Below are positions 27,709 through 37,700 of a DNA stretch of 64,000 nucleotides, one piece after another. The DNA lies in the IMG/VR virus record IMGVR_UViG_3300045120_000498, positions 63,515-127,514 of that record; one strand, written 5' to 3'. The notes beneath the pieces were generated by a model. It was not told the origin of the DNA. It did not search any database and worked only from the letters and a program-made list of their open reading frames with translations. Every line of letters begins with the position of its first letter. Positions within the stretch are counted from its first letter, which is position 1. The stretch is from a virus. Both the position numbers and the translations under genes were made by a program.

Positions 27709-29093
27709 CAGGCGATCCCCGCCAGGCTCGAAATGAACGCCACCTCGCCGGTCGCGACGACCACGTTCGCGGCCGTCGCGTTCAGCGTCAGACCGGTCAC
27801 GTCCGCGATCCCGGTGACGTTGAAGAACCGCGCCATCACGTGGTTGAAGATCACGTCACCGCCCGGCGGCAGCCGGTTCACGTACTCCTCCAGCGCCGAC
27901 TCCACGTCATCGCGGATCGCGATGGTGCCGCCCGTGCCGTCCAGCGAATAGCCCATGTCGCACGTGACCGACGCGGCGATCACGACCCCCTTCAGCACCG
28001 GCGTCGAGACGGCCACGATGGCGCCGATGGGAGCCAGCCCGTTCCCCTGACCGCCTTGGTACACGGTCGTGCCCGCAGGCACCGTCCCCGTGCCGCCCGT
28101 GCAGCCGGTCAGCGTCGTGCCCGTCTTGCCCGTGTAGCTCACCACCTGCGGCCCCGACGCGAGCCGCACGACCACCTTCCCGGCGTTGTCCATCCCGCTC
28201 GTGGACGCCACGTTCAGCGTCGCCACCGGCAACGTCTGCGAGCCGGTCGAGAGCGTCGAGAACTGGGGCGGGTCGATCTGCCCCTGCACCGCATCGACCT
28301 CCGCCGACGACGAGAACGGTCGGTTGTTCAGGTCGGTCACCACCAGCGACACCGTGCCCGGCCCGAACGCCAGCGGCGTCACGGCCGCGTACCCGATCCC
28401 CGGGTACGCCAGCGCCCACCGCCGGTAGTCCGTCTGCGTGCCCGCGCCCGCGGCGCCCTGCCACGCCAGCAGCACCCGGTCGCGATACACCTCGTCCGAC
28501 TCCACGTCCGACCCGCCGCTCGTCGGCAGCGCGTTGTAGACGCTCGCGATCCCCGACACCGGCGACTGCAAGTCGTCGATCTGCCCGGCCGTCACGTTCC
28601 CGAACATCGACGCTTCCTCGGCCACGATGTCCAGCGTCACGACCTGCTGGCCGATGCCGATACTACCGCCCGACACCACGTGGAACACGACAGGCTCCTC
28701 GTCGGCCGACTGCGGCGTCGTCGCCACCAGCGTGCCGGTGCCGATCAGGATGGCCGCGGACACGGCCACGCCCGCGTCGAACGTCACCTGCCCCGTCGCG
28801 GCCACCGAGTCCTTCCGAGGCACGCCCACCGACTCCCCCAGGTAGTCCAGGTAGTCGCCCCACGAGAACGCCGGGAACGTCGCCGCGATGGCCTCCGTCG
28901 CCACCACGTCGTACAGCCGCCCAATCTCCAGGATGAGCGGCTGCGTCAGCGTGTGATACATGCCGCCCTCGACCGTATCCACGTAGTCCGCGTCGGTCAC
29001 CGACAGGCCCGCGTTGATATCGGCGTCCACCCGATTCCGGATCGACGCCACCGTCTCCGTCACGAGCGGGAGAAAATCGACCAAATCTGGCAT
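27708..29093 (-). CDS. Baseplate J-like protein (XkdT) with ~75-aa insertion
   Basis: WGDYLDYLG..VGVPRK..VAATGQV...GGSDVESDEVYRDR...AGTQTDYRRWA...GPGTV. Confidence 0.9.
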   Translation of the reverse strand: MPDLVDFLPLVTETVASIRNRVDADINAGLSVTDADYVDTVEGGMYHTLTQPLILEIGRLYDVVATEAIAATFPAFSWGDYLDYLGESVGVPRKDSVAATGQVTFDAGVAVSAAILIGTGTLVATTPQSADEEPVVFHVVSGGSIGIGQQVVTLDIVAEEASMFGNVTAGQIDDLQSPVSGIASVYNALPTSGGSDVESDEVYRDRVLLAWQGAAGAGTQTDYRRWALAYPGIGYAAVTPLAFGPGTVSLVVTDLNNRPFSSSAEVDAVQGQIDPPQFSTLSTGSQTLPVATLNVASTSGMDNAGKVVVRLASGPQVVSYTGKTGTTLTGCTGGTGTVPAGTTVYQGGQGNGLAPIGAIVAVSTPVLKGVVIAASVTCDMGYSLDGTGGTIAIRDDVESALEEYVNRLPPGGDVIFNHVMARFFNVTGIADVTGLTLNATAANVVVATGEVAFISSLAGIA

Positions 29094-29666
29094 TTACATC
29101 AGCCTCGTGGAGAAGGGCACCACGTCGTTGTTGTCGAGCCGCAACCGGAAAGTCACGTCCACGCCTTCCTCGTCGTCGGTGATGCTCGTCGCGAAGTCGT
29201 CGATGCCGGTGATCTTCGGGTGGAACATCAGCGCCTCCTCGACCCGCTGGCGCAGGCTCGCGACGGCGGAGCCGGTGAACTGGCCGCCGATCAGCCCGTC
29301 GGCGTCCTCCAGCCCGTAGTCCTCCGAGTGGATCGCGAGCGCACCACGCGGCGTGTAAAGCGCCATCTCCACCCACTGGAACAACTGCGTCATGCCCGTG
29401 ATCGCCAGCGGCGCTCGCGCCCGCCGCGGCGACGGCACGAACCGGCCCGTGCTGAAGTCGAACGCCCACGAGCGGCCCAGCGTGTAAAGCTCGGGCGCCG
29501 TATCGACCACCACGTCGTCCTGCTGGATGTCGTCGCCGAACAGCGTCGGATCGAGCAGGCCCGTCTCGATGGCGTCCAGTTCGACGGACGGCGAGAAGTC
29601 GTCGTCGTCACTGGCGACGAGCGATCCAAGTTCCTCATCAGGGTCAACGAAGCTCACTGCCACCAT
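29094..29666 (-). CDS. Baseplate wedge/sheath initiator (XkdS/DUF2634, gp25-like)
   Basis: GRSWAFDF...QWVEMALYTPRG..AIHSEDYG...RVEEALMFHPKITGI. Confidence 0.85.
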   Translation of the reverse strand: MVAVSFVDPDEELGSLVASDDDDFSPSVELDAIETGLLDPTLFGDDIQQDDVVVDTAPELYTLGRSWAFDFSTGRFVPSPRRARAPLAITGMTQLFQWVEMALYTPRGALAIHSEDYGLEDADGLIGGQFTGSAVASLRQRVEEALMFHPKITGIDDFATSITDDEEGVDVTFRLRLDNNDVVPFSTRLM

Positions 29667-29687
29667 CCATCTTAGGGATCGAAGCTG

Positions 29688-30785
29688 TCACGTCTTCACC
29701 AGCCAGTTGCCGGTGAAGAACGGTCCGACGTTCGCGTGCGGGTCGGCCGGGCTATTGCCAGCCTGGCCGATGGAGTGCGAGTGCGCCGTCTGCGTGATCG
29801 TGTGCGCGTGCGGGTCCACCGTGTGATCGTGCGCGGTCGGCGTGAACGTGTGCGAGTGGTCGGTCTGCGTGCCGTTGTAGCCCGTCGCACCCGTCCCGGC
29901 CGTAGTGCCCCACTGGGCATTCATCAGCAGGTCGCCGGGGTTCACCGCCGTGCCGGAGGCGTACCCCACCGGCAGCACGACGTGCGTCGTGCCGATGGTG
30001 CCCGTTGCGCTCGCCGTCTGGATGTTCGCGGTCGTGTTGTTGATCGTGATGGCCGCATTGGCAGTGCCCGTCGAGCCGCCGTGATCGTGCGCGGGCATCT
30101 GCCCAATCGTCAGCCGCACCGTCTCCGTGCCGCCGCGCGTGCCGAGCGCGTGCGTGGTCGCATCCGCCACCGTGTCCAGCCCGTTCGCGCCGACCGGCCC
30201 TGTCGCGCTCAGGGCGCCCATGAAGAACCGCCCGCGGCCGTCCGGCAGGTTGAACGTCGTGGTCGTGTCGCCCGGCCCGTAGCTCGTGCCGATCACCGCG
30301 AACAGCGCCGCGTACGTCACCCGGCTCACCGCCCGCCCGTCGCACAGCAGCCACCCCGCCGGTTCCGTCGAGCGCGCCGTCGGCTTCAGGTCGCCCGGCG
30401 ACCACGCGGCCGCGCCCGCCGTCACCAGCGCCGCGCTCACCGCCGCCGTGATCGCGTCCGCCACCCACGACTTCGACGCCTGCTCCGCATGGGACTTCAG
30501 CGGCGTCTCGCTGATCACCGCCACCGCCACCAGTTCCTCGTTCATCGCCGGGACCAGCACAATCGTGTCGCCCACCGCGATCCCCACGTCCCGGTCGTAC
30601 TGGCGCACCTCCTGCGACACGACCAACTCGTCCGAGTCGATCACGATGTCCGCCGTCGTCAACTCGACCTCCAGCGGAACCACCGCTCGAACGATCCCGT
30701 ACTCCGCCGCCCGCTTCTCCGTCGCCATCGCTCGCAACACAAGGTTCGCGACGCCCCGCGCGGCCTTGTCCGACTCGCGGCTCAC
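29688..30785 (-). CDS. Baseplate spike-like N-terminus (XkdR position) fused to tail-collar domain and HxH repeats
   Basis: PGDLK...PAGWLLCDGRAVSRVTYAALFAVIGTSYG...FNLPDGRGRF; HSH/HDH/HAH/HSH run. Confidence 0.75.
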   Translation of the reverse strand: MSRESDKAARGVANLVLRAMATEKRAAEYGIVRAVVPLEVELTTADIVIDSDELVVSQEVRQYDRDVGIAVGDTIVLVPAMNEELVAVAVISETPLKSHAEQASKSWVADAITAAVSAALVTAGAAAWSPGDLKPTARSTEPAGWLLCDGRAVSRVTYAALFAVIGTSYGPGDTTTTFNLPDGRGRFFMGALSATGPVGANGLDTVADATTHALGTRGGTETVRLTIGQMPAHDHGGSTGTANAAITINNTTANIQTASATGTIGTTHVVLPVGYASGTAVNPGDLLMNAQWGTTAGTGATGYNGTQTDHSHTFTPTAHDHTVDPHAHTITQTAHSHSIGQAGNSPADPHANVGPFFTGNWLVKT

Positions 30786-32026
30786 ACCAGCACCGCCGCG
30801 CTCACCGTGTCCACCGTCACCTGCACACGATCCAACGCCGGATCGCCCAAGCCCATGAACGCGCGCCGCGACAGCGACAGTTCCTCCGTCAGCGTCTCCG
30901 AGTCGGAGTGCACGTACACGTACACCGTCCGCGCCGGAGACACGTCGCGACGCGTCACCACCAGCCGCTCGCCCACCATGTCAGCCAGCGGCCCGTCCAC
31001 CGACACGATCCCGAACGCGCCCCGCTGCGGATCGAACGCCGTCCCGTGCCAGCCACACGTCGCCGGGATCGCCAGCCCGTCCCGGCCCGGATACTGGAGC
31101 ATCCGCTGGCCGTCCGGCCACGGCAGCACCGCCACCTGCTCCTCCTCCATCCCCAGCGGGAACGCCGCCTGCGGCGGAACCGCCGGAGCCACGCCCGTCG
31201 AGAGCGCGAGCGTACCCAGCATCGGCACGTTCGCCACCGTCGTCTTCGGCAACGCCCTCGCCACCGAGCCAGCCGGAGAGAGCGTGCCCTTCGGACTGTT
31301 CGCCGGAGCCACCGTGATCGCCCGCCGCAGCGTGCTGCTCGGCGCGATCAGGCCCGAGTGCAGCAACTCCAGCGGGATCGAACCGCCGCCGAAGTCGTCC
31401 AGGTTCCGCGCCGAGTCCAACAGCGACAGGCCGATCAGCCCGCCCGACGGGAGAGCCGTGTCGCCCGCCGACCCCAGCAGCGTCCACGCGCCCGCGGCCT
31501 TCTTGTACCACGCCTCCTGCGTGCTGCCGTAGACCCGCAGCCCAATCGAGTCGCCCGCCACCAGCGCCACCGGCATCGTCGAGCGGATCAGCGTGCCGTT
31601 CGTGTTCGTGTTCGACACCTTCCCCAGCGCGAGGTAGCCGAGGTCCGGCCTCCACTCCAGCGTGTAGGCCGTGTAGGTCGTCGTTCCCCACCCCGTGCCG
31701 CGCGCGTACAACTCCGTGTAGCCGGTCCACGTCGGAGGCGCACCGCCCGCGGGCACGTAGGCCGCGCCCAGCGTCACGTACACCTCGTGGTTCTTGCTGA
31801 ACGCCGTCTTCCAGTACCCCGAGGACGTCATGTTGCCGCCGAGGCTCACGTCCTTCGCCCCTTGCAGCGCGTTCGACACAACCTTCAGCCCAGCGTCCGG
31901 CCCCGAGAGCGCCGGGGTTCCGCCCGCAGGTCGGATCGAGTCGTTCCAGTTCGCCGACGCGGGCGGCCCGACGTTCGCCCGGTTGAAGTTGTCGAGCACC
32001 GCCGTGAACGGGAACGGAATCGTCAC
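30782..32026 (-). CDS. Baseplate-region protein: lectin-like domain + fibre-type repeats + DPBB-like domain
   Basis: LDNFNRAN...DDFGGGS domain; C-terminal CGWHG...LSLSRRAFMGLG. Confidence 0.65.
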   Translation of the reverse strand: MTIPFPFTAVLDNFNRANVGPPASANWNDSIRPAGGTPALSGPDAGLKVVSNALQGAKDVSLGGNMTSSGYWKTAFSKNHEVYVTLGAAYVPAGGAPPTWTGYTELYARGTGWGTTTYTAYTLEWRPDLGYLALGKVSNTNTNGTLIRSTMPVALVAGDSIGLRVYGSTQEAWYKKAAGAWTLLGSAGDTALPSGGLIGLSLLDSARNLDDFGGGSIPLELLHSGLIAPSSTLRRAITVAPANSPKGTLSPAGSVARALPKTTVANVPMLGTLALSTGVAPAVPPQAAFPLGMEEEQVAVLPWPDGQRMLQYPGRDGLAIPATCGWHGTAFDPQRGAFGIVSVDGPLADMVGERLVVTRRDVSPARTVYVYVHSDSETLTEELSLSRRAFMGLGDPALDRVQVTVDTVSAAVLV

Positions 32027-32610
32027 GGCTTCATCGCCTTCGGCTCGAACACCATCACCGACACGTGCACGTTGTCCACCGACGGGAACCCGAGCGCCAT
32101 GAACGTCCGCCGCGTCAGGCTCAGAGGATCAGGCACATCAGCCGTCCCCACCAGCACCGCGTACACGCCCCGCGTGCCGGACGACACGTGCACCCGACGG
32201 CCGACCGCGACCGCCAGCGGCCCGTCCGGGCGCGCAAGCGCGAAGCACCCCTTCCGAGCGTCGAAGCTCTCGCCGTGCCAGCCGCACTCCACCGGGATCG
32301 CGCCCACGTGCGCGTGGCCGATCCGCAGCGCCCGCTGCGCCTCGTAGAACGGCAACTCCGCCAACTGCTCATCCGACCAGCCGTCCGGGAGCGTCCACTG
32401 CGGCGTCGTCACGATCACCGCGCCGAGCGCCCGCCGCGACGGGATGCCGACCGGGTGCACCACCGACCCGCCGTTCAGCACCGGCACGCCCATCACCCGC
32501 CGCGACGGGCGCGTCGCCGGAGTCACCGTCTGCGTCGCCGGGAACGTCGGCGCGCCGAACGTGCCATCCTCGAAGTGGCCGTCCGGGTAGACGTACTGCT
32601 CGTCAGCCAT
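32023..32610 (-). CDS. DPBB-like domain protein, paralogue of the C-terminus of 30782..32026
   Basis: CGWHG...LSLTRRTFMALG. Confidence 0.6.
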   Translation of the reverse strand: MADEQYVYPDGHFEDGTFGAPTFPATQTVTPATRPSRRVMGVPVLNGGSVVHPVGIPSRRALGAVIVTTPQWTLPDGWSDEQLAELPFYEAQRALRIGHAHVGAIPVECGWHGESFDARKGCFALARPDGPLAVAVGRRVHVSSGTRGVYAVLVGTADVPDPLSLTRRTFMALGFPSVDNVHVSVMVFEPKAMKP

Positions 32611-33887
32611 CAGCTACGCACCGCCCGCAGCCGCGGCTTCGGAGGCGACGACTTCTTGCCCTTCGTCTTACGGCGCTTCTTCGCCGCGGCCGCCGCCTTC
32701 TTCACCGCCAGCCGGTCGGCCCGCGTCAGCGAAAACGGGTCCGAGAACGTGACCGTGACCTCCATCGTGTAGTCGCCCGGCGCCAGGCTGTGCCGCACGT
32801 CGGTCACCCACACCACGTGCGCGAGCGCCGCGTCGCGCGACCGAATCCGCAACGCCTGCCCGCGCCGGATGCCGAGCACGCCCGGATGCGTGAACGTGAA
32901 CTGGCGGTTCGGCTTCAGCCGCTTCGTGATTTCCGCCAGGCCCCGATGCCGCGCCTCCGCCGACGAGTCGATCCCCGACAGCGTGACCGTCTTGTGCACC
33001 ACCCCGAACCGCGCCGACGACTTCGGACTCGTCACCCGCACCGCGATCTTCCGGCCCTTCTTGACCTTGTGCTTCTTGCCGTCCGTGCCCTTCTCCGTGT
33101 GCGCCACGCCACGCACCGTCAGCGCCGTCGCGAAGTCCTCCGTCTTCGTCAGACCCAGCGTGCCCTCGATGATCGTCGGGCCCATCTCATACATCAGCGA
33201 CGACCGCCGCAACGGCGTGATGAACAGCTTGCCGCGCCGGAACCGCATCACGAACCGGTGCGCCGTGTGCACCCGTTCCGTCCGCAGCGCCTCCGTGATC
33301 ACGTCCAGCGGCGACGAATCGTTCTGCACCATCCGCTTCATCCGGTAGCTCATCCGCGGCAACGCGCCGATCCGGATGCCGTACCGCTTGCAGACGAACC
33401 GGATCACCTGATCGGCCGTCCACCCGTGCTTGTGCTGCTTCTTGTCCCGCACGAACCGGAACGAGTCAGTCGAGTCCGACAAGTTCTGCAAGTCGTCGGC
33501 CAGCGACCACGAGCGCGTCCCGGCCGCCGTCGCCGTCGAAGCCTGCTGCACCCGCATCCGCCACATCTCGACGAACGCCGCCGAGTTCGCCGCCCGCGCC
33601 TGCAACTCCACCATGTCGCCCAACAGGATCGACTGCGGCGACACCGACAGCTTCCCGGCCCCCGGATCGGGGTCCTGGAGCGCCACGTCGCCGGTCATGA
33701 TCGCGCCCGTGTCCTGCCACGAGCACGCCGTCACCAGGTAGGTGATGTCGCCCAGCTTCTTGCGCCCACGCAGCAGGAACAGCCGGAACTCGTCCTGCGC
33801 GAGCGGCAGCGGCGGAGGCGCCACCGGCGGATGCGCGGGCGCCGCCGCGCGATTCGCAGACCTCTGCGTCGCCGTCGAGACAGCCAC
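32610..33887 (-). CDS. Baseplate hub protein (XkdQ / Mu gp44-like)
   Basis: TADQVIRFVCKRYGIRIG...FRRGKLFI...RFGV...GIRRGQALRI...WVTDVRHS...MEVTV. Confidence 0.85.
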   Translation of the reverse strand: MAVSTATQRSANRAAAPAHPPVAPPPLPLAQDEFRLFLLRGRKKLGDITYLVTACSWQDTGAIMTGDVALQDPDPGAGKLSVSPQSILLGDMVELQARAANSAAFVEMWRMRVQQASTATAAGTRSWSLADDLQNLSDSTDSFRFVRDKKQHKHGWTADQVIRFVCKRYGIRIGALPRMSYRMKRMVQNDSSPLDVITEALRTERVHTAHRFVMRFRRGKLFITPLRRSSLMYEMGPTIIEGTLGLTKTEDFATALTVRGVAHTEKGTDGKKHKVKKGRKIAVRVTSPKSSARFGVVHKTVTLSGIDSSAEARHRGLAEITKRLKPNRQFTFTHPGVLGIRRGQALRIRSRDAALAHVVWVTDVRHSLAPGDYTMEVTVTFSDPFSLTRADRLAVKKAAAAAKKRRKTKGKKSSPPKPRLRAVRS

Positions 33888-33891
33888 CGCG

Positions 33892-34734
33892 CTACCTCGA
33901 CGACGGCTTCAGCGCCGGAACGATCACCTGCGGGTGCTTCGCGAGCAGCGCCTTCAGCGACTTCATCCGCTTGGAATGCCCAGCCTCACCGAGCGCGATG
34001 GCGCGCAGATTCTCGTTCCGTGTGAAGTGCGCCAGCCACGGCTTGTTCCGGTTGTAGATCGGCTTCACGTTCGCCGCGTCGCCGTAGTAGAACTTCGCCA
34101 GCCGCGCCACCGAGTATTTGTTCGACGGCAGCGTCTTGATCGTCAGATTGACCGGCAGCTTCGACCGCGCCAGGCTCACCGCCACGTACTCGACGAAGGT
34201 CACGTGGGCGTACAGCGCGTCCGGCTCGCCCATCCGTTCCTCCTGCCGCACCGACCGCAGCGTCACCTCCGACGAGATGCCCAGGTTGGCCGCGTTCACC
34301 GGCTGCTTCGTCGCGGCTACCGCCTTCACGATCTTCGGGTCGGCCATCGTCAGCACCATCGGCGTCAGCGACCGCGCGAGCCGCCGAAGCTCGTTCATGC
34401 GCGCCATCGGCGGCGCGAAAAACGGGTGCGTCGAGATGGCGTCGATGGGCGCCATCGGCCCCGCGTGCACCCGCGTGACGTACGTCTGGAGTGCCGTCGG
34501 CACGTCCGTGTAGAGGTAGTCCGCGAACATCGTGTCGAACTCGTAAGTGACAAGCTGCGGCGCCACCGGCCGCGAGTACCGCTTCCGGCCCAGCGTCGCG
34601 TACTCGCTCCACTCCGCCGTGTATTCCCAGCCGAACGTCTCCATCGGCGCGCCCTGGAAGTAGAACGGCTGCGCGAGCAGACCCGGCGCCGTCCGCGGGG
34701 AGCGGGTCAGCACGCACTCCATCGCCTGCGTCAC
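33892..34734 (-). CDS. Tail tube initiator with LysM-like domain (XkdP-like)
   Basis: Follows TMP; SVARLAKFYYGD...IYNRN. Confidence 0.75.
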   Translation of the reverse strand: MTQAMECVLTRSPRTAPGLLAQPFYFQGAPMETFGWEYTAEWSEYATLGRKRYSRPVAPQLVTYEFDTMFADYLYTDVPTALQTYVTRVHAGPMAPIDAISTHPFFAPPMARMNELRRLARSLTPMVLTMADPKIVKAVAATKQPVNAANLGISSEVTLRSVRQEERMGEPDALYAHVTFVEYVAVSLARSKLPVNLTIKTLPSNKYSVARLAKFYYGDAANVKPIYNRNKPWLAHFTRNENLRAIALGEAGHSKRMKSLKALLAKHPQVIVPALKPSSR

Positions 34735-37700
34735 ACGATCACCTCCCCTTCGTCCACCAGGCCCATCGACTCCAGCCGCCGCGCGAACTGCTCGAACGCC
34801 GCCGCCACCTCGCGCTCCACGTCGCCGCCGTGGTTCACGACCGTCCCGATGTGCACCGCGAACTGCGCGCCGCCCGGCCCCTGCCCGCCGCCGCGCGTCA
34901 CGTGCACCGTCTCGTCGCCCGACTCGCCGACGCCGATCAGCGTCGGCCGCCGCGCCTTGATCGTCCCGCCGCGGCCGTGCCAGCCGCCCCACGACACCCG
35001 CCCGCCGGTCGAGAAGCCAGCGCCCGCCGCCAACTGCTTGTTGACCCCCGCCGTCAGACCGGTCGCGAACGTGTCCGCCGACGCTCCCTCCAGCAGGCCC
35101 GGGATGCCACCGAGCCGCGGCGATGGCGCCTGGAGCTTGTTCATCTGCATGAACGGCAAGCCGGGGTTCTTCGCGTGGTTCACCTTGAAGCCAGACCGGA
35201 CGCCGCCCGCGAACCACCCCGCGCCGCCGTTCGGGTTCGCGGTGCTCGTGCCGAACGCCCGGCCGTTCAGGATCATGTAGACGTGCGACGGCGACGCCAC
35301 CACGTTCAGGCCATGCGGGTCGTAGCCCGGCGTGCCCCAGTTCATGAAGCTCGACGCCACCATTGGGCTACCCAGTAGACCAGCCGAGCCGAGCACCGCC
35401 GACGTAGCGCCCGAGCAGTCGAAGCCGGTGCCGATGGCGCCGCCTGACGAGTGTCGCGTACCGGACGACGGCACGCCGATCCGGCCGTGCCCGCCGCCCC
35501 ACGCATACGGGTAGTGCATCGCGTCAATCGCCGTGGCCGCCCGGATCGCGCGCGCCAGCGGCGAGCCGCCTGTCATGCCGCCCGTCAGGTCGAGCGCCGG
35601 GTTCCGCGCCCTGCCCGGCACCCGCCCGCCGGTCGCCAGGCCCGGCAGGATGCCGTTCAAGTCCTCCTTGCCGCCGCCCGCAAAGTCGCCCTGGTGCGCG
35701 CGGTAGTACGCGAGCGCGTCCGCAATCTCCACGCCCGGGTTCGCGGGTCGCTCGAACCGGCGCGAGTAGGCGTCGATGGCCGCCGGGCCACGCAGCCCGC
35801 CGAGTCCCATCCCCGCCATCTGCCCGCCCGCGAACATCAGGTTCGTCATCGGGTCGAGGTACTGCTGCGCCGCCGCCACGCTGATGTTCCCGAGCGCCCC
35901 GCCGATGTGAAGCTGCGTCAGCCCGAAGCTCGTGCCGTTGTCGCCAATCGCGCCCGGGTTCAGGCCCGACTCGTGCCACATGATCCCGGCCCACGCCGCC
36001 GGGTCCAGGTCGTACTGCGACGCGACCTGACTGATCATCCCGGTCAGCCGACCGCCCGTCTGGAACCGCTGCGAGTGCGGCCGCCCCTCGCCCGCCACCT
36101 CGCGCCCCAGCGACGTGCCCGCGCCCGCCAGCATCCCGTCGATCCGCCGCTCCGTGTGCCGGTTGACGATCAACTCGCCCGGCGCCGCCATCGCCGCGCC
36201 GACCGGCACCGTGTCCATCAGCCCGCGGCCCGGGATGCGACCACCACGCGCATTCCGCGCCACGTCCCGCGCGTTGTTGAACCGGCCCGGCGTCGTCGAA
36301 CTGGTGTTGTGCGAAGTCTCCATCCCGGCGACCAGCTTCCGCGCCTCCGCCACCGACAGGCCCATCGCCTGCAACGACGCCACCGCGTTCTTCTGGAGCG
36401 TCGTGAAGTCCGCGCTGCTCTCCTCCAGCATCGTCTCCGTCTCGGAAGTCATCGCCTTGCGGATCGTCGCCCAGCCCTGCCTGGTGCCGTCCGCGATCTT
36501 CCCGTTGACCTTCTTGATATCGAGATGGAGCGCGTCGTACTCGCCCAGGATCGCGCTCTTGGCGTCCGCCGTCGCCTTCTTCATCTTCGGGTTGGCCTTC
36601 TCGATGCTCTCGACCAACTGAAGGCCGATCCGGCCCGTCTTCCGCGCCGTCGTCGGGTCCCGCTCCATCTGCGCGGTCATGTGCTCCATCGTGATCTTCA
36701 GCGCCGCGGCCGCCTTCTTCGGGTCCAGGAACCGGCCCTGGGCGTCCGTCTTGCCCGCCAGGATGTCGAACCCCGCGCCAATCTCACCGACCGCCTTGTC
36801 GCGCTTCGCCCGGCGGCCCATCCGAGCATCCTGCTTCTCCTGCGCCTGCATCGTCGCCAGAATCTCGCGCCGGGTGTTCAACTCGGCCGTCAGGCCCGCG
36901 AGGAACGCCTGCGTCGCCTCGTTCGTCTTCGCGCCGCGCGTGCTCGTGATGTTCCGCTGCAACTTCTCAATCGACGCGATCTGCGACGCCTGCGCGCCCG
37001 CCGATTGGCCGCCTGTCGTCGCCCGCGCTAGCTGCTGCGAGTACGACTCGGTGTAGATCGGCGCCGTTGTCGCAACACGCCGCTGCCCGCCGAACCGGCC
37101 GACCGGCACGTACTTGTAGCCCGTCGTGCGCGTCCCCTGCTGCACCGCATCGGCGCTCGTCGCGAGCTTCGTCAGAGCCTCGTCGCGCGTCACGTCCGCA
37201 CCCTTGTATTGCGGGATCAGCCCGAACGACGCCCCCGTCGCCACCGCCGAACCGGTCTGCGCCGCCTGATTCCAGAACCCGCCCGTGCGCTTCGCGGAGT
37301 AGGCGTCGATGCCCGCCATCGCCAGTGTCAGCGGCAGCGCGAACTTGCCCGCCGCGCGCAATCCCAGCCCGGCGACCTTCCCGAACCGGCCCAGCCCGCC
37401 CGCCAGCCGCCCAGCGCCGCCCAGCGCCTCGCCCTCGGACATCAGCAACTCCGCCTGCGACAGCCCACCAGCCCCGCCGGGAGGACGCGGCCCACGCCGC
37501 CGGAACAGGCCCCGAAGGCCACCCATCCCGAGCAGGCCGCCGCCGCCGGGCACAGCCGAGGCGACACCCTGCGCCGCCGCCGCGCGCGTGGACGACGCGG
37601 TGACCAGCCCCCACGACCCCGCCAGCGCCCGCACCGCCGCCGTGGCCTTCAGGATCGGCCCGACGGCGAACGCCGCCACGATCAGCGTGCCCAACTGCGG

